DNA of 64,000 bases from a virus (Duplodnaviria; Caudoviricetes): IMG/VR virus record IMGVR_UViG_3300021400_000252; one strand, written 5' to 3'. The notes beneath the pieces are model-generated. The model was not told the origin of the DNA. It did no database searches and worked only from the letters and a program-made list of their open reading frames with translations. Shown piece after piece: positions 54,000-64,000 of the stretch; the stretch's first letter is position 1; every line of letters starts with the position of its first letter. A program made the translations under genes and the position numbers.

Positions 54000-55358
54000 A
54001 TGGATATTTTCAGAAATTTATTTGAAGAGCTCGCTCCAGAAGATAATATCGAGAAAATTAAAAAAGAAATATTAAAATTAAAAACTCCAACTGCAGAAAA
54101 AACTTCTAACTATGTTTTATATGATGAAGATTCTATTAAATATTATAAAGAAAAAGGTGAGCCAGGAACTGTAGACCACGAAACTGAGCGCTATGTATTT
54201 AGACTTGGTGGTGGTTTAAATGGCTGTGGTACTTGGTCTAATTATTTTAAAGATTTAAGTGTAATATTTAAAGAATTAGAAGAAAATACTGGTTGAGCTC
54301 CAGTTGCTACTGATTTTTCTTTAGATACTATTGATGATGTATTTGATGTTGAAATAACATTATTTAATCCAAAAGACCATGATGAATTAAATGATAAATT
54401 AAATGAAGATTTAATTTTTATTGACAAAAATAATGCTAAATCAAAATTATATGGATTAAGAAAACAAATTGAAACTACTCAAAATGATAGTGTAAAAGAA
54501 TCATTATTAAATTTATTTAATCTATATCTATATCAAATTAAATCTTTAATGTTTGATTATAAAGTAGATTTTAGTGAAGATGAATGGCAAGAAAATCGTA
54601 AATTCATGATGGATAACATGGATAACTTAGAAGGTAAATCTGATCAATTAGAAGAAGATATTGAAAAACATGAAGAGTTAAATCCAAAATTATTTAATGA
54701 AGATGAAAAATTAAAAGATGAAGTTTTAGATAAAATTAATTTAATTGTTGAATATTTTTTATCTGATCTAGAAGAAGATGGAATTAAAATCGATGTTGAA
54801 GATATTATCTTAGTTGGTTCTAACGTAAGTTATAATTATACTAAAGACTCAGATTTAGATATTCATATTATTGCTAATACAGATGATTTAGATTGTCCAG
54901 ACAATTTATATCCATTATTATATGGTGCTTATAAATCTTTATTTAATAGAAAGATGGATATTAGTTTCTATGGAATTCCAGTTGAAGTTTATGTTGAAAC
55001 AGATGATACTCCATTAAGAAGTAACGGTATTTATTCTGTAAAAGATAATGATTGGATTGTTCACCCGGTTCAAGCTAATATTCCTGATATAGATTTTGAT
55101 CAAGTTGAAGAATTAGTTAAACCTTATGAAGACAGATATAAAGAAATTCTTGAAAATCCATCTGTTGAAGAAATTGAACAACTAATTACTGATATCTATG
55201 AAGAACGTAAAAAAGGTATGAGTGATGAAAATGGTGAATATTCTTTAGAAAATTTATGTTTTAAAGAATTTAGAAACAGAGGTTATTTAGATAAATTAAA
55301 AGATTTAAAAAATGAAGTATTATCTAAAGAACTATCATTAGAAAATTTAGAAAACTAA
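54000..55358 (+). CDS. Multidomain protein with a C-terminal Pol-beta-superfamily nucleotidyltransferase (TGA=Trp at 54294)
   Basis: Continuous frame joining two track ORFs; GSN.SYNY...SDLDIH, PVE.Y, GEYS.EN..FK..R..G. Confidence 0.8.
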
Positions 55359-55407
55359 TTAAAAAGTTGTATTATATTATATATTGATATAATTAGGAGA
55401 AATTTAA

Positions 55408-56043
55408 ATGATTTTAAATGAAAAGAAACAAAAACTTCCAGAGATTTTCCTATCTACATATATTTCAGATGCTTGGGATAGAATTGCTACATTAAAAGCT
55501 GATATTGATGGAATTAAAGCTGAATATTCTGATACAAAAGATGTCGAAGAGGTATTGAATGATTTAATTGATACTTATTTAATTCTAGTAGGTACTTTTG
55601 AAAATAAATTAAAATCTATTGGTTCAAATGTTGAAATTGTTAGAAAAGAACCTGAAGTAAAGAAGGTAAATGAAAGCGTTTTACAAAGAACACAAGTTCA
55701 AAGACCACAACCTGTTCAACCTCAAGTTCAACAAAGACCTGTAAATAGAAATCCTCAACCACAGGTTCAAAGAGTTCAACCTCAGCCTCAACAAACTAGA
55801 GCTCCTCAATTAGATGATGATTTATGGAGTGATGCAGTATTTGCTCCACAAAATCAACAAAGAATGAATGAGAGTTATAATCAACAAGCTGTAACTGCTG
55901 GTGGATTAGATAGTTATTATGATGCTCCAGTTCAATCTAATTCAGATACTTATGATGTTCCAGACTTCCCAGATTCAGATTTCGAGATGTCTCAAGAAGA
56001 ATTAATGGAATTAGAAAAGTTTAAAGCACAATACAGAAGATAA
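55408..56043 (+). CDS. Hypothetical protein with a Q/P-rich linker
   Basis: AGGAG RBS; TTGTATTAT upstream. Confidence 0.7.
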   Translation: MILNEKKQKLPEIFLSTYISDAWDRIATLKADIDGIKAEYSDTKDVEEVLNDLIDTYLILVGTFENKLKSIGSNVEIVRKEPEVKKVNESVLQRTQVQRPQPVQPQVQQRPVNRNPQPQVQRVQPQPQQTRAPQLDDDLWSDAVFAPQNQQRMNESYNQQAVTAGGLDSYYDAPVQSNSDTYDVPDFPDSDFEMSQEELMELEKFKAQYRR

Positions 56044-56068
56044 TAGCTCAGCTATTATCTTTTTTTTA
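56038..56068 (+). terminator. Intrinsic terminator
   Basis: agataatagc-tca-gctattatct-ttttttt. Confidence 0.8.
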
Positions 56069-56214
56069 TTTTTATGTTATCTTATTGCTAAATTATCTGA
56101 TCGATTAATATTTTATTACGTAAAAATGCGTTTTTTATCGTTTATATATGAATATTCAAATAAACATTAAAACGCTTCCTGAGCGTAAATTTTTGATGTC
56201 TAGTGGAGAATTAT

Positions 56215-57747
56215 ATGGCACTTATTCAGTTATATTCTTGGATAAATAATGAAGAAGATATTTTAAATTTAGATTTTACAACTACACATTTTACTTCTGA
56301 TTTAGATGCTGTCGATTATTTTCAAAAAAGAGACAATTTAAATATTCCTATCGGAAGTGCTTATGCATTTACATTAGATTTTAATATTAATCCATTAATT
56401 TTCTCTTCTGATTTATTTGATTGGTCAGCTAAAAATATTATTAATAAAATATTAAATAGCTATGGAATTAATTTAAATAATGATGAATTTCAAAATGCTA
56501 ATTGTGATATATTAAATGCACCTCAATTACAAAACGTTCAAATTGAACAATTAATTGATATGTATAAGTTAATTGATGCTTTCGATGTAAATGATAGTAA
56601 GAGAAATAAAGCTTGGTTCGAATATTTATCAATTTATTTAAATAAATTAGGAATTAATGCTATTCAATATTCTGTTGGTACTTCAGATTTTTATATTTTA
56701 TTAACAAAAAATCTTGAAATTATTGAATGTAAGAAAATTGAAATTCATAAAGATGGCGAAAGAGATTTATTTAAACAATTTTTCACCGAAGATACTAGAA
56801 TGCAATTAGTTTCAACTTCAAGAAATGCTGGTCCATATAAAAATCAAAAATACGGAAAAAATAGATTTGAAAGAAAGAAATTATCAAAAATTGCTAGAAC
56901 AGTAAAACAATATAATAAAATTGATATGAATCAATTATTTAAAAATGATGTTTTAGAAGTAGAAATTCCTGTAATTGGAGAATCAGATGAATATTTAGTT
57001 ACAGTTAGAATGGATGGAGTTATTGCTGAACTAGCAAAAATTTTAAAAAATAATAAATTCAAATTAGAATATAAAATTGTTGTTCAAGCATTAACTAAAA
57101 TTTTTAATAGTGCTGATTTACAAATAAATTGTACATGTCCAGATCATAAATACCATTTTTCACATTGGAATATTATAAGAGGTGTTTCTACTTTAGATTC
57201 AGCACATGACCCAGGACAAGGTAAAGGAATTGCAAATCCAAATGATGATCAAGGTCGTGGTTGTAAACACTCTTTATTAGTTTTAAATAATGGAGATTGA
57301 ATTTTAAAAGTTGCTTCAGTTATTAATAACTATATTCATTATATGTCAGAAAAGTCTCAAAAATTATTCTTAAAATTAATATTCCCTAAATTATATGGAA
57401 TTACTAGTGATGAAATGGTTGAACAAGATTTATTAGATAAAGAAACATTACAAGATTGTTTAGATTCAAACGAAAGCTTTATTGATGCTATTAATGAGTA
57501 TGGTAAAAATAGAGGTAAATTCCAAAAAGGTTCTAATATTAACCCTGTTTACGCTGATAAGCTTGAAGCTGAACAAAAAGAAGAAAATACTAAACAACAA
57601 GTTGATCCAAACAAAAAGAATTTACAAAAAGCTGTTAAAGAGACAGAAAGAGCTAATAAACTTGCTCAAAAAGAATCTGAAAAAGCTGATAAAGAAGCTT
57701 CAAAACCTATTGAACCTCCTAAAGAAGATGAAGAACAACCAGTATAG
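56215..57747 (+). CDS. SWIM zinc-finger protein (TGA=Trp at 57298)
   Basis: CTCPD...CKH SWIM motif; frame continues into track ORF 57343..57747. Confidence 0.75.
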
Positions 57748-57799
57748 TTAATATTGTATTATATATATAATATATAATATATCCAGATTGGAGAATATT

Positions 57800-59914
57800 A
57801 TGAATTTTGATCAAGAAAAATTTAATAAACTCTCAACTGAAGAACAAAAAGTCGTTTTACAAATTTTAAAAGAATATTCTAAAACTGGAAAATCTGAACT
57901 TTTAGATTCATTACAATCTATGGAATGGGACGAATTTCCAGTAGATATTCATACATTCTTACATGACAAACGATATTTAGGAAATGCATTATATGATGCT
58001 GAAGGTAAGTTTACAGTATTCCCATACTGAGAAAAATGTTTAGAAGATATATTTCCAACTAATACTTCAACAAAATATAATACTATAGTATTTACAGGAG
58101 CTATCGGTTTAGGTAAATCAACTATAGCAGTTATTTGTTTATTATATTTATTATATAGATTACTTTGTTTAAGAGATCCATATCAATATTATGGAATGCA
58201 AAGTATTGATAAATTAAGTATTTCAATGATGAATATTACATTAGAAAATGCTAGAGGTGTTGCATTAGATAAAATGAATTCAATGCTTTTAGCTAGTGAA
58301 TGGTTTATGAGTCATGGTGAAATGCATGGTACAACTAATATGAGATATGTTACTGATAAACATATTGAAATTATTTGTGCTTCAAGTAATAATCAGATCA
58401 TAGGTCGTGCTTTGTTTGCTAACTTTACAGATGAAGTTAACTTCTCTCTTGTTCAAGACCCAGTTAAGTCTAAGAAGAGAATGATGAAAATTATTACTCA
58501 AGTAGATGCTCGTATGAAATCACGTTTCATGCGTGGTACCTACTTACCTACATTAAATATTATCGCATCTTCAAAAGATAGTGAACAATCTTTCCTAGAA
58601 GAATTTATTCAAAATAAACAAAAGAATGAAAGTAAAAATACTTTAATTGTAGATGAACCTCAATGGGTAGTTGACCCAAGAAAAGATTCACCTCAAAAAT
58701 TCTGGGTAGCTATTGGAGATAAAGTTCTTGCTAACGAATTATTACCATTAGATGCAACTCCAGAATTAGTTGATGAATATAGAAATAAAAATTATACAAT
58801 GTGACAAGTTCCAATTGGATACTTAGATACATTCCAATTAAACCTTGATGAAGCAATTTGTTCTATAATTGGTATTGCAACAGCAGCATCTTTAAAATAT
58901 ATTTCAGGTGAAAGATTAGTTAAAACAAAAACTACTGATTATGAAAATCCATTCCTGAATGATATACTTGAAATTGGAGATGGAGAAGATGATTTACATC
59001 AATATTCAGAATACTTTGATTTAAGTAGAGTTAGTGATAAAGACAAAGAAAAACCATTATTTATTCACTTAGACTTATCTGAGTCTGGAGACATGACTGG
59101 TATTGCAGGCGTATGAATAACTGGTAGAGATGAATCATTTGATAAATCTAAAATGATTGAAAATGATTTTAGTCAATTATCAAAATTAATTTTACAAGAA
59201 TCTAGTGTAGAATCTCAGATGTTAATTTATAAATTAGCTTTCTCTGTTTCAATTAAAAATCCTAGAGGCGCACATATTAGTTCAATAAAGCATAGAATAT
59301 TTATAAATTGGTTAAAAGATAATGGATTTGATATTAAAATGATTACATCAGATACTCACCAATCTGCTACTCTTTTACAAGAATTAAAAGCTGATGGATT
59401 TGAAACAGAAGTATTATCAGTAGATAGAACAACATCACTAGAAAATAAAAAGAAAGTTTGTTTACCTTATCACTATTTTAAAACAGCAATTTATGAACGC
59501 CGTTTCATAATGTATGACAAAGCTAAACTATTAACTGAAGAGTTATTAGGATTGGAACGTGAAGCTGATGGACACATCAACCACCCTGAAAATGGTAAAT
59601 ATGGTTCTAAGGACCAAGCCGATGCAGTCTGTGGTGCAGTATGAACAGCTAGTAAAAATGGTGAAAAATATTCATTTGATTTTGGTGATTCAATTGAAAC
59701 AACTGTTCAAATTTCAAAACCAAGTAATACAAGTCAAAATGAGATTGAAAAACATGATTTTGGAAAAAATCTATTAAATGTAATGTCTAAAGAAAAATAT
59801 ATTGAAGTTGATGAATATGGTAATCCAAAATATTATGGAGACCTAGATGATACTGCAATAGATGATGATGCTATAAATTCAATAGCAATTTCTAATGGAA
59901 TAATTTGTATATAA
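57800..59914 (+). CDS. Terminase large subunit (704 aa; TGA=Trp at 58028, 58802, 59114, 59642)
   Basis: Walker A GAIGLGKST lies between track fragments; Walker B FTDE, ASS coupling motif, nuclease HLDLS..GD, and H..G..GSKD.ADA. Confidence 0.92.
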
Positions 59915-59930
59915 TAATTAGGAGAATAAA

Positions 59931-61994
59931 ATGCCAGAAAATGATAACAAAACTAAAAAAATTAAAAAACAAGCATCTCAATTAGTAGGAACACTAATTC
60001 AAGCGACTCCTAATAATAACGATAATACTCGATTAGATGTAGATTTAAATAAAACGTTAGAAGACATTTTAATTTTAGGTGGATTAGAGGATAGAGTAAA
60101 TTTCTCAGAACTTGAAAAGTTTACACAAATTTCAAATTCAAGAGACTATATGTATAGTCAATTAGACACAATGTTCCAAGATGCATCAGTTTCGGCTATT
60201 GCAAGAATTTTAACTGAAAATGTTTGTGAAGTTGGAGATAATGGTCATATTGTTTGAGCTGAGTCTGATGATCCAAAAATTAGTAAATTCGTAAATTATG
60301 TATTAAATACTATGAATGTAGATAAAAATATTTTTGGATGGGCATTTAATCTTGTTAAATACGGTGATATCTATTTAAAAAATTTAAGAAATTCAGACTT
60401 TACAAATACAATTTTTAATTCACAAAGTATTCAAAATATGTATAGTGCTAAATCTCATTTAAACGAAACTATTCAATTAGATTTAAAGAATGCTAATGAT
60501 GAATTCTGTTGGAGATTAAAATTAGTTCCAGATCCTGCTACTATGTTTGAATTAAATCAAAATGATATTACTTTTGGATATGTTGAAACTCCAAATGATA
60601 TTACTCAATTAGCTAATCAAGATGCATATGCAGCTAATACTGGTTTAAATTCTAATGCATTAAATGGTGGTGGATCATTTAATTATAAAGTTAAATCAAA
60701 TGATATTATACTTCATGATGCTGAAGATTATATTCATATTTATTTATCAGATGGTCAATCAAGATTCCCAGAGACTATCGATTTAATAATGGAACCTGAC
60801 ATTAAAGATAAGAATGCTAAGAATCGTTCAAATTTAAAATCAACAACTTATGCTTTTGATGTTATTAGAGGAAAATCATTATTCTATGATGTTTATAAGA
60901 TTTGGAGAGAAAAAACTCTTATTGAATCCGCATTATTACTTGCAAGATTAACTCGTTCATCAGTATTTAGAATTGTTTCTATTGAAACAGCTAATATGGA
61001 TAGAACTAAAGCTAATCAATTACTACACCAAGTAAAAGATATGTTTGAACAAAAACGTGCTTTCTTAAGTGGTAAAAATGCTTCAGATTATAATAGCCCA
61101 GGTCCAATCGAAAACTGGATTTATAATAATACTAAGAATGGTAAAGGTGCTATCACAGTTGATACTGTAGGTGGAGATTATGATCCAAAGAATTTAACTG
61201 ACTTAGATAAATGGAACGATAGATTCTACGGTGCATTTGGTATTCCTAAACAATATTTCGGATTAACCGAAGATGGTGCTGGATTTAATGGTGGTACTGC
61301 ATTAACTATTACTTCAACAATTTTCCAAAAGAAAGTTTCTCAAGTTCAAAATGCTTTAATTCAAGGAATTAATACTGCAGTAGATTTATATTGTATTAAA
61401 AAAGGTTTAAAATCTTACGTACATAGATACACTATTAAGATGAGACCTCCAGTTTCTCAAGAAGAACTTAATTATAGAGAAAAATTAACAAATCGTTTAA
61501 ATGCTGTATCAACTGCTAATGCTTTATTCCAAGATGTTGAAACAAAGAGTAGTAGATTAATTATCTTAAAGAATTTATATAAGATGGTTGATTATGGTGA
61601 AGATGAAATTCTTCAAGTACTAGATGAAGAAATTAAATTAGCAAAAGCTGCTGAAGCTGAAGCTAAGAAACAAAAAGAAGAGGAAGCTAAACAAGCTGCT
61701 TTAGATGCTGCTAATGGTGAAGCTGCTAATGCCGAGCCAGCAAATGTTCCTGGTGGTACTGGTGAGACAGGTGGAGCTAATGAAGCATCAGCTCCTGAAG
61801 GTGAAACAGCTAGTGAAGGTGATGATTTAAATCTAGACTTAAATCTTACTGATTTACCAACAGCTGAATCTTTCAATAATACTAACCCAGATGCAGTAAC
61901 ATTAAATGAGGATGTTGACTTTCTAGATGAATCAGAAGATCTTCCAACTCCAGAAGAATTAGATGATAAAGTAGATTTTACTAAAAATAAATAA
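59931..61994 (+). CDS. T4 gp20-like portal protein (TGA=Trp at 60255)
   Basis: D.M..D..V..I, W...LVKYGD, E.ALL.AR..RS...R, FY.AFGIPK; follows terminase. Confidence 0.85.
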
Positions 61995-62017
61995 TTAATA
62001 TTTGAAAGGAATTAAAT

Positions 62018-62488
62018 ATGTTATCTAAAAATGATTGCATGAATTTATTATTAGAGCTAGAAGATAAAGGTAAAGAAGTAAATTCATATATTAGAAGATT
62101 AATGTTATCTAAAGATGTACCATTAGAAGTATTAAAATTTATTGTAGAAAACCAAGGCATGAATGCTGCAAACTTCTATGAGGTTCTTAGACAAAAACAT
62201 AATAAATCAAAATCTCAATTATATGTAAATCTTGTAAATGAAGAATTAGATGATTCTGAAATATTAATAGTTTTATCTAGCTTATTGACTCAAATTTTCT
62301 TATATAAAAATAAGAATGAAAACGTTTCAGATATTTTCTTTAATGAAGTTCGTTTAAATGAAATATTACAAGCTTTGGAAAATTTTAGACAAACTGGCAA
62401 TTTAGATTTATGTAAAAAATTATTAAGATTAGTTCGATCAGACTTATTAGTTTTAGAATATATAAGTGGTAGAAGAGAATTATCTTAA
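62018..62488 (+). CDS. Hypothetical protein in the head gene cluster
   Basis: GAAAGGA RBS. Confidence 0.65.
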   Translation: MLSKNDCMNLLLELEDKGKEVNSYIRRLMLSKDVPLEVLKFIVENQGMNAANFYEVLRQKHNKSKSQLYVNLVNEELDDSEILIVLSSLLTQIFLYKNKNENVSDIFFNEVRLNEILQALENFRQTGNLDLCKKLLRLVRSDLLVLEYISGRRELS

Positions 62489-62513
62489 AAATATTTAAAA
62501 TAGTTAAACATTT

Positions 62514-62540
62514 AAAAGGTGAATTAATTCACCTTTTTTT
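62514..62540 (+). terminator. Intrinsic terminator
   Basis: aaaaggtgaattaattcaccttttttt. Confidence 0.8.
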
Positions 62541-62629
62541 ATTTTTATTTTATAAAATCTGCTAAATTAAATGATTTAGATTTTTAAATCTTTTTCAACT
62601 TCTCAAATTAACAATTAAGGAGATATTAA

Positions 62630-63115
62630 ATGAAATTAGAGAATGGTTATAAAAAAGTATATACTGTTAATGAAGACGGTGTAAGAACTTTACATGCTAC
62701 TAAAGATGTTTTAAATCCAGCTGCTGATGAAACTATCATTGATAAAGCAAAAGCTCAAACATTAAAAACTGCTAACTTCTATCAAGATGGTGATGCAATT
62801 AGATATGTACTAGGTGCAAATAGAGCTATTGATCGTAAAGTTGATCCAGAGTTAACAGAAGTTAGAAAGTTATTCGTTGCAGTCCATGTTCATGAATATG
62901 AAAATCTTGAAGCTCGTTGGAATGAAGAAACACATGTTTGTACTTTTGATTTAAAGTGTAAGACTTGTGATGATACAAAGAGTATTCCTCAAGCAGGTGT
63001 TTTAGTTGAAGGTGAATATGTTGCAACATTAAAATTAGAGAATGGTCAAACATTTACTTCTAGAATTGCAGTTCCAGCACAAGAAACACCAGTTGCAGAA
63101 CCTGCAGGTAATTAA
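62630..63115 (+). CDS. Hypothetical late protein
   Basis: AAGGAG RBS; TGCTAAATTA upstream; H.H...C..C motif. Confidence 0.65.
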   Translation: MKLENGYKKVYTVNEDGVRTLHATKDVLNPAADETIIDKAKAQTLKTANFYQDGDAIRYVLGANRAIDRKVDPELTEVRKLFVAVHVHEYENLEARWNEETHVCTFDLKCKTCDDTKSIPQAGVLVEGEYVATLKLENGQTFTSRIAVPAQETPVAEPAGN

Positions 63116-63195
63116 TTTTTAAAATAGTAACTAAGAATTATTTGCTAAATTATTTGTAATCAAATTGATTAATGATATGTAATGGAGGTAAGTTC

Positions 63196-64000
63196 ATGAA
63201 TAACACTACGAATTTATCAACAGATAAAATCCGTGAAGCATTACATTTTCAAGAATTAACTCCTGAAGAAAAACAATCAAGAGGAATTCTTGGTAGACTT
63301 TATGGTCCTTGTGCTTCATTCATCGCACCAACAAGAAATGATCGTTTCTATGGTGATGAGTTATGGACTAATGTATTTGAAAAAAATGAAATAGTAAAAG
63401 AAATGTTTGATAATGGTGGTATTCCAATGGAACTAGACCACCCATTAGGAGATAGAGAAGAAACTACTTCAATTAACATTGCAGCTATTCTTCCAGAAAG
63501 ACCTAAAAAAGATAAAGATGGACATTTAATTACTTATGTTGATATCCTAGATACTCCAAGTGGTAAAATTGTTTATACTTTAGCTAAGTATGGTTTTAAA
63601 TGAGGTATTAGCTCAAGAGGTTCTGGTGAATTAATTTCTGATTATGACGGACATGAGTCTGTTGATCCAACTTCTTATGATTTTCAAACTTTTGATTTAG
63701 TATTACTTCCAGCAGTTAAAGATGCACGTTTAACATTCGTTGAATCTTATGATGCAAAACAAAAAACCGCTATGAAGAAAATGAAGAGAGAATTAAAAGA
63801 AGCTTTAAGTACAGCTTCAGATGGAGATCGAAAAATTATGGAAAATGCTTTAGATAATTTAAAGATAAACTTAGATGATGAAAATCTTAGTCCAGAAAAT
63901 GTTGTAACTGAAGCTATCTCAGATAAAATGTTTGATTTAAATAATGCTCCAAAAACAACACCAGATGGAATTGAAATTGAATATGTAAATATTGATGATT
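63196..64000 (+). CDS. T4 gp21-like prohead protease (TGA=Trp at 63601; runs off the window)
   Basis: RN.R.Y, ELDHP, ILDTPSG, K-W-GISSRGSG with the catalytic Ser beyond the TGA, FDLV..PA...A. Confidence 0.9.

Larger units (their letters stand above)
15606..57762. promoter_or_regulatory. Dispersed promoter-like motif class 1, TTGTATWAT (11 copies)
   Basis: Minus strand: 15609-15617, 19836-19844, 23933-23941, 27563-27571, 30410-30418 (ATG variant), 33974-33982, 36786-36794 (GTG variant). Plus strand: 37075, 38999, 55367, 57754. Each is on the coding strand about 20-50 nt before a start codon. Confidence 0.7.
29266..63152. promoter_or_regulatory. Dispersed promoter-like motif class 2 (late-type), TGCTAAATTA (7 copies)
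   Basis: 29266-29275 (-), 36856 (TGCTAAATTG), 45468, 51995, 56086, 62560, 63143 (+); intergenic, mostly just after terminators and before head-related genes. Confidence 0.75.
1..64000. mobile_element. Segment of a large T4-like/huge tailed bacteriophage genome using genetic code 4 (TGA=Trp)
   Basis: Terminase-portal-prohead protease order, gp32-like SSB, gp46/47-like SbcCD and a phage replisome; no bacterial housekeeping operons; 20 in-frame TGA codons inside conserved genes. Confidence 0.93.

Noticed and set aside
856-63053. Short antisense or alternate-frame ORFs in the track (e.g. 856..1077, 893..1102, 5473..5658, 7309..7515, 23033..23341, 45904..46179, 49972..50364, 57482..57751, 59559..59777, 61613..61876)
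   Set aside because: They lie wholly within long genes, lack RBSs and mirror low-complexity codon patterns
57788-63603. Fragmented terminase, portal and protease read as pseudogenes of a decayed prophage
   Set aside because: Every break is an in-frame TGA, with no frameshifts or internal TAA/TAG; recoding explains all of them
1-64000. Suppressor tRNA-Trp(UCA), other tRNAs or a release factor gene
   Set aside because: No cloverleaf or release factor motif found by eye and the intergenic gaps are short; they may lie outside the window (tRNAscan-SE or ARAGORN needed)

Overview
A 64-kb, very AT-rich segment of a large tailed (T4-like / 'huge') bacteriophage genome, probably infecting a low-GC Bacillota/Mollicutes-type host (AGGAG/GAGGTG ribosome-binding sites, RecU, DnaI/DnaC-like loader). 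The ORF track is misleading because the phage reads TGA as tryptophan (code 4). I traced 20 in-frame TGA codons in 13 genes, including terminase (4), portal, prohead protease, RecA and SbcD, and every real gene I checked ends in TAA or TAG. Layout: (1-11.4 kb, +) giant collagen-like fibre protein and tail-associated genes. (11.5-36.8 kb, -) ribosomal protein bS21, Cas4/RecB-like nuclease, bacterial-type clamp loader (delta, delta', gamma) and beta clamp, RecA, two resolvase-type nucleases, a family A polymerase split into two genes with a degenerate Hint-like tail at the split, SSB, primase, DnaB, loader, dUTPase, a hidden late-promoter PD-(D/E)XK protein, a five-gene putative DNA hypermodification operon (glycosyltransferase-like, HD hydrolase, dNMP kinase, NTP-transferase/kinase, U32 Fe-S hydroxylase), thyA and sbcD. 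(36.8-37.1 kb) divergent, almost pure A/T candidate origin. (37.1-64 kb, +) sbcC, a hidden sigma-like gene with Mor-like and HU-like neighbours, a dead peptide deformylase, topoisomerase IA, a late AAA+/metallopeptidase/vWA operon, modular putative head proteins, a SWIM protein, terminase, portal and prohead protease. Two intergenic promoter-like motifs (TTGTATWAT x11, TGCTAAATTA x7) divide the genes into two classes. All functional calls come from motif recognition by eye; no database searches were run.
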